The notes under the pieces: model-generated
What the model was told of the DNA's origin: nothing
The model's input: the letters and a program-made list of their open reading frames with translations, nothing else
Database searches by the model: none
Made by a program: the position numbers and the translations under genes
Part shown: piece by piece, positions 9,939-17,495 of the stretch
Layout of the letters: each line of letters starts with the position of its first letter
Position numbering within the stretch: position 1 is the stretch's first letter
From: Deltaproteobacteria bacterium
GTDB taxonomy: Bacteria > Desulfobacterota > Binatia > HRBIN30 > JACQVA1
Direction of reading: 5' to 3'
Assembly (NCBI GenBank): GCA_016178705.1
Contig: JACOST010000028.1
Location: 516,951 to 580,950 of the forward strand
DNA length: 64,000 bases

Positions 9939-10691
9939 TCACGAGCCTTTGAATGTGGGCCGCCGCTTTTCAAGGAAGGCGCGGATGCCTTCGGTGCGGT
10001 CGGCGGTTGTCTGTAGCAAGACATAGAGGTCTTGCTCAAGCCGGATGCCGTGATCGAGGGGGAGATCGACGCCATCGCGCACAGCTTCCTTGGCGTAGCG
10101 CAGCGCGACCGGTCCTTTCGCGGCCAGGTCGCCCACTACACGGCGGACATCGGTCGCGAACGATTTGGCGGGAAACACGCGCGTTGCCAACCCCATCGCC
10201 TCGGCTTCAGCGGCGGTGAGCGCGCGGCCGCTGAGCAGAAGATCCAGCGCGCGCGTCCGACCGACGATGCGCGGCAGCCGCTGCGTGCCGCCGTGCGACG
10301 GCAACTCGCCGCGTTGGAGTTGCGGCATTTGGAAGCGCGCGCGCGTCGAGACCAGCCGCAAATCACACGCGAGCGCCAGTTCGAACCCTTCCGCAATCGC
10401 ATCGCCGTCAATCGCGGCGATCACCGGGACGGTGAGATGGCCGATCGCCGCGATCCAATCAACGCGGCGTTCCCAGTCGCCGGCGTTCGCCACACCCTGG
10501 CAAAAGTGTTGCCCGCTTCCGGCGATCAGGACGACGCGGATGGTTTCATCCAACTCGATCGATTCGACCGCGGTGCAGAGTGCCTGCGCTGTTGCTTGGT
10601 TGATCGTTGTGTGAGTCAGCGTGAAGGTGGCGATGCCGTTGCGCAGAGTGGTACGGAGTGTCTGGGCTCGCATGGGTTTGGCTGTTCTCAT
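9939..10691 (-). CDS. enoyl-CoA hydratase/isomerase family protein with degenerate active site
   Basis: PVIAAIDG, GFELALACDLR, GGTQRLPRIVG, EGIRAFLEKR.P.FKG; ATG overlaps the ligase stop (ATGA). Confidence 0.88.
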   Translation of the reverse strand: MRTAKPMRAQTLRTTLRNGIATFTLTHTTINQATAQALCTAVESIELDETIRVVLIAGSGQHFCQGVANAGDWERRVDWIAAIGHLTVPVIAAIDGDAIAEGFELALACDLRLVSTRARFQMPQLQRGELPSHGGTQRLPRIVGRTRALDLLLSGRALTAAEAEAMGLATRVFPAKSFATDVRRVVGDLAAKGPVALRYAKEAVRDGVDLPLDHGIRLEQDLYVLLQTTADRTEGIRAFLEKRRPTFKGS

Positions 10692-12244
10692 GCGGCGCCG
10701 AATTGCTTGCGCAGATCCTTCTTCAGAATCTTTCCCATCGGGTTCTTGGGCAGCTCGGGCAGGAAGTGGATGATCTCCGGTTTCTTGAAGCTGGCCAAAC
10801 GCTGGCGACAGAACTCGATGATGTCGTCGGCGCCGAGCATGACCTCGGGGCGCGTCACCACCACCGCGCAGATCCGTTGTCCCCACTCGACGTCGGGTAC
10901 GCCGATCACGGCTGCCTCTTCGACGCTCGGGTGCGAATAGAGCACTGCTTCAACCTCCGCCGGCGCGATGTTCTCGCCGCCGCGGATGATCATGTCGTCC
11001 TTGCGACCGGCGAGAAAGATGTAGCCGTCGGAGTCGAGCCAGCCCATGTCGCGTGTCGGCAACCAACCGTCGGCGTTGAGCGGCGAACTGGCACCCTCCT
11101 TGGCGGCGTAGCCCTTCATCACGCGTGGTGTACGCACCCAGATCTCGCCCACTTCGCCAGCCGGGAGGTCATGGCTGTCGTCGTCCACCACCTTTACCTC
11201 AACGTCCGGTAGCGGACGACCAATGGAGACGAGGCGCTTCAAGCGCAACTCGACTTCCGCGGCTGAGCCGTCGAGCCGATGATCGTCGGGACCGAGCACG
11301 GTCAACGTCGAAGTGGTTTCGGTCTGCCCGAACGCGTTGACGAAGCCGACCGTCTTCGGGAACATCTCGAGCGCGCGGCGGATCACCGGGAACGGCATGG
11401 CGGCACCACCGTAGGAGAGATTCTGCAGGCTCGACAAATCGCACGTGGCGAAGTCGGGATGGTCGATGAGCTGCTTCAGCATCGTCGGCACGACGAAGGC
11501 GTGGGTGACCTGCTCGCGCGCAACCGTGTGCAGCCACTCGGTGGCGTCGAACTGGCGCAGCAGCACGAGTTTGCGACCGGTAAACAGATTACTCATCACG
11601 TTGGTGGCACCGGCGATGTGGTAGAGCGGTACGCACAACAACGACGTGCCGCGCGGCGTGCCATCGGCCAGCTCGACGTTGGCGGTAACGTAGGCAGTGA
11701 AGTCGTTGAAGCGCAGCATCACGCCTTTCGGCAGCGCGGTGGTGCCACTGGTGTACATCAAGATCGTGGTGTCGTCGTCGTTGGTCTCGCGCTCCTGGAA
11801 TTCAGCGGCGGCCGCGGCGATGAGTGGCTCGATATGCCGAAAGCCTTCGTGCTCGCCCTCCATCGCGATGCAGGTGGTGACGCTCGGCAGCTTGGGAAGC
11901 AGCTGCCGCACGGTCTCGACGTAGCGATCACCGACGAGCAGCACCTTGGTCTCGGCGGCGCCGAGCATGTACTCCAGCTCCGGCAGCTTGGCGCGGTAGT
12001 TCACCGGAATGAATACCGCATTGAGCGCGGCGGCGGCGAAGTAGGCTTCCACATATTGCGCCGAGTTGGTCTGCAGCACGGCGATGCGATCGCCGCGGCG
12101 GACGCCGATGCCTTCGAGCGCGTTGGCCAGCCGCTGAATGCGCTCCCACAGTTCGCCGTAGGTGCGGCGTTGCGTGTCGTAGACGAGGATCTCCTGGTCA
12201 GGAAACATCATCGCCGGAATGCTGACGAAGTTGGACGTGTTCAC
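10688..12244 (-). CDS. AMP-forming acyl-CoA ligase (ANL superfamily)
   Basis: YTSGTTALPKG P-loop, FGQTE, GRKDDMIIRGGENI, PKNPMGKILK; GGAGG RBS before GTG. Confidence 0.93.
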   Translation of the reverse strand: MNTSNFVSIPAMMFPDQEILVYDTQRRTYGELWERIQRLANALEGIGVRRGDRIAVLQTNSAQYVEAYFAAAALNAVFIPVNYRAKLPELEYMLGAAETKVLLVGDRYVETVRQLLPKLPSVTTCIAMEGEHEGFRHIEPLIAAAAAEFQERETNDDDTTILMYTSGTTALPKGVMLRFNDFTAYVTANVELADGTPRGTSLLCVPLYHIAGATNVMSNLFTGRKLVLLRQFDATEWLHTVAREQVTHAFVVPTMLKQLIDHPDFATCDLSSLQNLSYGGAAMPFPVIRRALEMFPKTVGFVNAFGQTETTSTLTVLGPDDHRLDGSAAEVELRLKRLVSIGRPLPDVEVKVVDDDSHDLPAGEVGEIWVRTPRVMKGYAAKEGASSPLNADGWLPTRDMGWLDSDGYIFLAGRKDDMIIRGGENIAPAEVEAVLYSHPSVEEAAVIGVPDVEWGQRICAVVVTRPEVMLGADDIIEFCRQRLASFKKPEIIHFLPELPKNPMGKILKKDLRKQFGAA

Positions 12245-12262
12245 GATGCCTCCCTCAAAAGT

Positions 12263-12290
12263 GACAGTATGCAGTCGGCAGTGGGCAGTG
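12263..12290. repeat. degenerate heptamer tandem repeat x4
   Basis: GACAGTA TGCAGTC GGCAGTG GGCAGTG in the crotonase-ligase intergenic gap. Confidence 0.6.
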
Positions 12291-12297
12291 TTGAGAC

Positions 12298-13023
12298 TCA
12301 GAGTGGCGCGTCGGACCAGCGACTGTCAACCGCGGCGAGCCGCGCCTCCAGCGCCAAGCCATCGCGCAGCGATTGGTCGAGTCCTTCGTGCACGGCGCGC
12401 TTGGTGCGAGCCGCGAGTGACGGTTCGATCGCACTCAGACGATGTGCGAGTGCCGATGCTTCCGACTGCAACTCAGCCGTTGGAACCACCCGGGTGACCA
12501 GACCGAAGTGTTGCGCCTCGGTTGCGTTGAGCATGCGACCGGTCAGCACTAGATCGAGCGCGCGACCGAGTCCGAACAAGCGCGACGTGGTTTGCGTGCC
12601 GGCAACACCGGGAATCATTCCGAGTCGTGTTTCCGGCAAACCGAAGCGCGCGTTGTCGGCAGCGACGCAGAGGTCGCACAGCATCGCCATCTCGAAGCCA
12701 CCGCCGACGGCGTAGCCGTGCACGGCCGCGATCGTGATCTGCGGCAGACTCTTCAGTGTACCCCACACGTCGCGCTGAAAGCGCACCGCGCGTGCGACAG
12801 TGGGCGACGGGGCGGTGCCGAACTCGCGTACGTCACCACCCGTGCTGAACGCCGGCCCATTGCCGCGCAGGATCATCACCCGGATATCCGGATCGTCGCG
12901 CACCGCCGTCAGCGCGGCAAACAACGCGTCGCGCATCGCGACGTTGTACGCATTGAGGACGGCGGGTCGGTTGAGCGAGACGATCGCCACCGGCCCGTCG
13001 GTCTCGTAGAGAACCGCGGGCAT
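12298..13023 (-). CDS. enoyl-CoA hydratase/isomerase family protein
   Basis: LNRP..LNA, FSTGGD, GGGFE, FGLPE (both catalytic Glu present). Confidence 0.92.
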   Translation of the reverse strand: MPAVLYETDGPVAIVSLNRPAVLNAYNVAMRDALFAALTAVRDDPDIRVMILRGNGPAFSTGGDVREFGTAPSPTVARAVRFQRDVWGTLKSLPQITIAAVHGYAVGGGFEMAMLCDLCVAADNARFGLPETRLGMIPGVAGTQTTSRLFGLGRALDLVLTGRMLNATEAQHFGLVTRVVPTAELQSEASALAHRLSAIEPSLAARTKRAVHEGLDQSLRDGLALEARLAAVDSRWSDAPL

Positions 13024-13062
13024 GACGCTTCCGTTCCCCCTCACGGCGGATCAGGAGGCAGA

Positions 13063-13206
13063 CTAGTCGCTCGACGGCAGCGGCTTGGCTTCCTTGATTT
13101 TCATCTCCTGTCCGCAGCACTCGACCGCGCCGGTGCCCGGCTTGTTGCACAAGGCCTCGGTGCCACAGGTCGCGCACAGGTATCGTTTGCCAAGTTGGTT
13201 TGCCAT
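13063..13206 (-). CDS. desulforedoxin-like small metal-binding protein with C-terminal PLPSSD tail, 47 aa (not in ORF track)
   Basis: MANQLGKRYLCATCGTEALCNKPGTGAVECCGQEMKIKEAKPLPSSD; GAGGTG RBS; paralogous to 9801-9920. Confidence 0.9.
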   Translation of the reverse strand: MANQLGKRYLCATCGTEALCNKPGTGAVECCGQEMKIKEAKPLPSSD

Positions 13207-13232
13207 GAGTCACCTCTCTTCAACTGTACTGG

Positions 13233-14303
13233 TCATGATCGATAGAACGGTCGCGCTGTAATGGTCAAATCGATTGGTTGATCGTTGACGCCGGCCTGCA
13301 ACACGGTGCCGATATCGCCCGCGCTGCGATGCACGTAGCCGAGGGCGATGATGGAGGAAAGCGCGGGTGACGCCGCCGCACTGGTGACATGGCCGACGTC
13401 CTTGCCGTCGCGGGTCAGCGTCGTCCCTGCCGGCGGAACGATCGATGCCTCCCCGACAAGTCCGGAGAGTTTGCGATTCACATGGCCGCGCGCGGCGACG
13501 CGCTCGACGACTTCTTGGCCAAGATAGCAACCCTTGCTGAAACTGATCGCGTCGTCGAGGCCGACTTCCATCACCAGGGTCTCTTCGTCCATATCGAGTC
13601 CGTACCAAGGAATGCCGGCTTCGAGTCGCAGTACGTTGAGGGCGTCGAGCCCCACCGGTGTCGCACCCGCCGCAGTCAATCGTTGCCACACGGTCGCCGC
13701 GTTGGCGCGAGCGCTCAGCAGACGGAATCCCGTCTCGCCGGTCTGACCGATCGCCACCACACGAACGGTAACGCTGTCGATCGTGATCTCGCGATGCTGA
13801 TACGGTTGCAGATCGGCGAGCGTTGCGCCGGTGACATCGGACAGTAACGGAGCGGCGCGCGGCCCTTCGATCGACAGCAACGCGTCCATGTCGTCGCCGA
13901 TCGCCAGCTCCACGTCGTCAGCGATGATGAAGCGTTCGAGCGCTTTCCGCACCGCGTCGACGCGTATCGCCGGAACGTCGAGCAGGACACGGTCGGCGAG
14001 TACGAAGACGTACAAATCCGCGACCACTCGGCCTTGGATGGTGAGCAGCGCCGCGTGCGTGCCGCTCCCGGGCGCAAGCTGTTTCACGTCATTGGTGAGC
14101 TGGCCTTGTAGGAACGTGATGCGGTCTTCGCCGGTGACGGCGATGAGACCACGATGCCGCGCATCGAGAATACCGACGGCGCGGCGGACAGCCTGCCATT
14201 CGCGCTGTGGCGATCCGAACGCGCGCGGCACGCGCACGCCGAACGTGTCGTCACACGTAGCACCGGCTGCCGCCTGCGCTCGGTCGAGATCTGCCCAGCT
14301 CAT
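13233..14303 (-). CDS. ygfZ: folate-binding protein YgfZ (GcvT-like)
   Basis: FLQGQLTNDV and the signature KGCYLGQE. Confidence 0.88.
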   Translation of the reverse strand: MSWADLDRAQAAAGATCDDTFGVRVPRAFGSPQREWQAVRRAVGILDARHRGLIAVTGEDRITFLQGQLTNDVKQLAPGSGTHAALLTIQGRVVADLYVFVLADRVLLDVPAIRVDAVRKALERFIIADDVELAIGDDMDALLSIEGPRAAPLLSDVTGATLADLQPYQHREITIDSVTVRVVAIGQTGETGFRLLSARANAATVWQRLTAAGATPVGLDALNVLRLEAGIPWYGLDMDEETLVMEVGLDDAISFSKGCYLGQEVVERVAARGHVNRKLSGLVGEASIVPPAGTTLTRDGKDVGHVTSAAASPALSSIIALGYVHRSAGDIGTVLQAGVNDQPIDLTITARPFYRS

Positions 14304-14449
14304 TGATCGAGGGTGGTAACAAGAAACCCAAGCGAGCGAAAGCGTGGCGTCGGGCCCCTATGACAACGGAGTTCACCTCGGCGATAGAACAGTAGCTTCC
14401 GACGCTCGTCGGTTTCCGCCGCTCGGATTGCCCGCTATGATCCGCGCCC

Positions 14450-15679
14450 ATGAAGATAGTGTCGGCCCGCGAGGCGATTCGTGCAATCCCCGACGGCGCG
14501 CGTGTCGTGTTCCCTCACGACGCCGTTGAACCGACCGAGATCTATCAAGCCTTCGCTGCGGAGTACCAGCGCTTCACCGCGCTGCGGCTCTACTCCGGCC
14601 TGCAGTTCGGCAGCTATCCGTTTCTTCAGGCCGGTCTCGGGACGCACTTCAGCTACACGACCTGGCAAGCGTCGCCGAAGCTGCGACCGTTGGTGCGAGA
14701 CGGCCGCATCGAGATTCTCCCGCTGCGCTACCGCGACGTGCCGCGCATGGTTGCGCGCACCGGGACAATTGTTCCCGATGTCGTGGTGGCGCAGGTCAGC
14801 AAACCACGTCATCACGAAGTGAGCCTCGGGATCGCGTTGAGCTTCTACCGCGAGCTGATCGACAACGCATCGCTAGTGATCGCTGAAATCAACGAGCACA
14901 TGCCGTGGACGCGCGGGCCGACGCGCGTGCCGATCAGTGCGATTGATCTGGCTGTGGAGTCGTCGCATCCGCTCGGCGAGTATCGATTTGCGCAGAAGAG
15001 TGCGCGTGATGAGCAGATCGTCGAGAACGTGCTCGGGGTGATTCCCGCCGGCGCGTGGGTGCAGTTCGGCGTCGGGGCCATTCCCGACGCGGTCCTGAGC
15101 CGGCTGCACGAGATTCGCGGTGCCAACGTGTTCTCGGGTATCGTCACGGACGGACTGCTCGACTGCATCCGGCGCAGCCGGCATCGCGTGCGCGTCATCA
15201 CCGGCGAAGCCGGCGGCACCCGGCCGCTATACGATTTCGTTGGCGAGTCGGCGCAAGTCGAGTTTCAACCGGTGAGCGTCACTCATAGCGTTGCCGAGCT
15301 GGCGAAACGCGCGCCTTTCGTGTCGGTGAACTCGGCGATCGAGGTCGATCTCTCCGGCCAGATCAACGGCGAGACGATCGATGGCGTGCAGGTCAGCGGC
15401 GTCGGTGGCAGCCTGGACTTCCTCGAAGGGGCCGAGCACTCGCGCGGCGGCGCGTCGATCATCGCGCTGTCGTCGACAACCGAGGACGGCACTCGCTCGA
15501 AGATCGTTGCGCACCTCGGCGAGCAGACGCCGGTGACGATCCCGCGCTTTTGCGCCGACTACATCGTCACCGAGTACGGCGCCGCGCGCTTGCGCGGCAA
15601 GACGCTGCGCGAACGCGCCGCGGCGCTGATGACGATCGCGCATCCGGATTGGCGCGACCGCTTGACGGCGGAAGTGTGA
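14450..15679 (+). CDS. acetyl-CoA hydrolase / 4-hydroxybutyrate CoA-transferase family protein
   Basis: IAEINEHMP.T.G, QFGVGAIP, SVNSAIEVDLSGQ, SGVGG.LDF, IVTEYGAA.LRGKT; the catalytic Glu position reads FSG. Confidence 0.85.
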   Translation: MKIVSAREAIRAIPDGARVVFPHDAVEPTEIYQAFAAEYQRFTALRLYSGLQFGSYPFLQAGLGTHFSYTTWQASPKLRPLVRDGRIEILPLRYRDVPRMVARTGTIVPDVVVAQVSKPRHHEVSLGIALSFYRELIDNASLVIAEINEHMPWTRGPTRVPISAIDLAVESSHPLGEYRFAQKSARDEQIVENVLGVIPAGAWVQFGVGAIPDAVLSRLHEIRGANVFSGIVTDGLLDCIRRSRHRVRVITGEAGGTRPLYDFVGESAQVEFQPVSVTHSVAELAKRAPFVSVNSAIEVDLSGQINGETIDGVQVSGVGGSLDFLEGAEHSRGGASIIALSSTTEDGTRSKIVAHLGEQTPVTIPRFCADYIVTEYGAARLRGKTLRERAAALMTIAHPDWRDRLTAEV

Positions 15680-15688
15680 AGCCTCCCA

Positions 15689-16816
15689 TCACGGGAGGTC
15701 GTTGCGGTCGACTACCTCGATATCGACCGCCATGGTGTTGTTGGCAGTATCGGCGCCGTCATCGACGGCGTTGAAGGCGGCGGTGTCGACGGCATCCGCT
15801 TCCACATCGACGCTGCAGCGAAATGGCGTCGTGGCGGTGACCGACAAGACGGCTTCGACGGGAAACTTGACCGTGAAGCTGCCGTAGACCCTTCCGCCCC
15901 TGGGGACCGTCGCGGTGGCTTGCAGCCCGGGGACGAGTGAGCCGGCATTGGAATCGACCTGCGTCACCGTGCCGGCGGGACACGAGCCGTCGGTAACGGC
16001 CAACGAGTAGTCGCGAGTTGCCGGGGCGCTTGCACCGAATTCAATGTTCGACACCGCCACGCGCACGGTGCGCGATACGGACGGTTTGCCCTTGGTCATG
16101 AAGAGGCGGACTGGATAGAGTACGCCGACAGAGAAATCGGGTCCCTGCGCGCGGGTCTCCGCGATGCCGTTGGGTCCGGAGTTGACGACGATGGTGTTCT
16201 TGTTGCCGCAGGCAGCGTTCACGGCGAGGACTTGGACGTCGTCGCCCGCGGCGACGTTGTTGGCAGTGGTTTCGACAACCTTGTTCGGCCCGCACCGAAT
16301 CACAGCGGTCGTCGCCTTGGCGGTGCCGGCGGCTTGGATTTGCACATCATCGCCGGCGGCGGTGGTGCTGGCGATGCCGTTGCCGCCGACCGTGACGCAC
16401 GTCGCGTTGGCTTGCCCGGCGCCCGGGGCGAGTACGGTCGAGTCATCGACGGCCGCGGTTGTGTTGGCGACGCCATCGGCGCCGGTGTCGATCACCGGCG
16501 TATTCGCGTTCGCGCAGCCGGCCGAGACTGCCACGAGTTGCACATCGTCGCCCGCGGCGGTGGTATCTGCGGTCATGTTAGTGCCACATCTGATCTCGGC
16601 CTGATTGGCCAATCCCTTGCCGGCCGTGATGACTTGCACGTCATCGGTTCCCAGCGGCACCGTGGTTTCGCACACGCCATTGGCGCCACTGTCGATGACC
16701 ACCGCGCTCTGCAGGCCTTTGCCGGGTGGGATCACCTGGATATCAGCGACGACGCGTGAACCGGACGCCAGTGCCAAGAGTGTGGCGATGATCGAGGGTC
16801 GAACGACCGATTTCAT
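15689..16816 (-). CDS. secreted protein with six DDVQ/GxNG repeats and a Cys-containing beta-rich C-terminal domain
   Basis: Signal peptide, internal ~33-aa repeats, GGAGG RBS. Confidence 0.75.
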   Translation of the reverse strand: MKSVVRPSIIATLLALASGSRVVADIQVIPPGKGLQSAVVIDSGANGVCETTVPLGTDDVQVITAGKGLANQAEIRCGTNMTADTTAAGDDVQLVAVSAGCANANTPVIDTGADGVANTTAAVDDSTVLAPGAGQANATCVTVGGNGIASTTAAGDDVQIQAAGTAKATTAVIRCGPNKVVETTANNVAAGDDVQVLAVNAACGNKNTIVVNSGPNGIAETRAQGPDFSVGVLYPVRLFMTKGKPSVSRTVRVAVSNIEFGASAPATRDYSLAVTDGSCPAGTVTQVDSNAGSLVPGLQATATVPRGGRVYGSFTVKFPVEAVLSVTATTPFRCSVDVEADAVDTAAFNAVDDGADTANNTMAVDIEVVDRNDLP

Positions 16817-16976
16817 TCATCCTCCTTCAATCGGGCAGCGACCATAGACATCGCTAGTGTTATGGTCGCCGAGATCGCACGAGTCGTCAATCGAGAATGT
16901 GCGAGCACCGCATCTGCGAGCATGCGTTGACCGAGTATGTACGTGTGCTCTAAATGCCTCGCACAGGGAGGGCGCG

Positions 16977-17414
16977 ATGCAAATCCAGAAAACCGGGATC
17001 GTTATGGTCGGTGTGATCGGATTGCTGGCGATCGCCGGCCGAAGTCAGTCGGCGCAGCCGCAGTGGGCGCCTAACGACTGGGCGAAGGAGGAAACGCTGA
17101 AGCTCTGCACCAACGACCCCGGCGAAGGGGAATACTGCTTTAAGGTTTGGCTAGTTGTGGTCGATGGCGATGTGTACGTGCGGCTGGGCTCGAAGGCTGC
17201 CGACCGCATGAGCAAGAACGCCACCGGAATGAGCTTGCCGGTCGAGATCGCCGGACATCGATTTGAGCACGTGCGCGCGACAGAGGCGCCAGACAAGGTC
17301 GAGGGAGTCAACAAAGCCATCGGCGAGAAGTATTGGAGCGACGTATTCGTGCATCTCATGAATCACCCGCTGACGCTGCGGCTGCGGCCCGAGGACGCGG
17401 CGGCCTCACGCTGA
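16977..17414 (+). CDS. exported DUF2255 / nitroreductase-like split-barrel protein
   Basis: Signal peptide; VWLVVVDGDVYVR and VNKAIGEKY; GGAGG RBS. Confidence 0.55.
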   Translation: MQIQKTGIVMVGVIGLLAIAGRSQSAQPQWAPNDWAKEETLKLCTNDPGEGEYCFKVWLVVVDGDVYVRLGSKAADRMSKNATGMSLPVEIAGHRFEHVRATEAPDKVEGVNKAIGEKYWSDVFVHLMNHPLTLRLRPEDAAASR

Positions 17415-17495
17415 CATTCCCGGCTGATTGCGCTAGTGAAGGAAGACTCTCGCCGCCAGGGCGGGAGGAAAACACGGAATCGAGGTGTGAGCGCA

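Noticed and set aside
10692-10886. N-terminal extension of the 9939-10886 ORF
   Set aside because: Overlaps the ligase 3' end in another frame; ATG 10691 gives the usual ATGA coupling.
11279-12715. Long plus-strand ORF of 478 aa, and similar ORFs at 17823-18974, 27591-28775, 41076-42296, 43074-44249 and 53489-54973
   Set aside because: Antisense shadows of well-supported genes, expected in high-GC DNA; no recognisable motifs.
9801-13206. Superoxide reductase / oxidative-stress locus, or RiPP precursors
   Set aside because: No SOR catalytic domain, rubrerythrin, radical SAM, YcaO or lanthipeptide enzymes, peptidase or exporter nearby; Cys spacing fits a metal knuckle.
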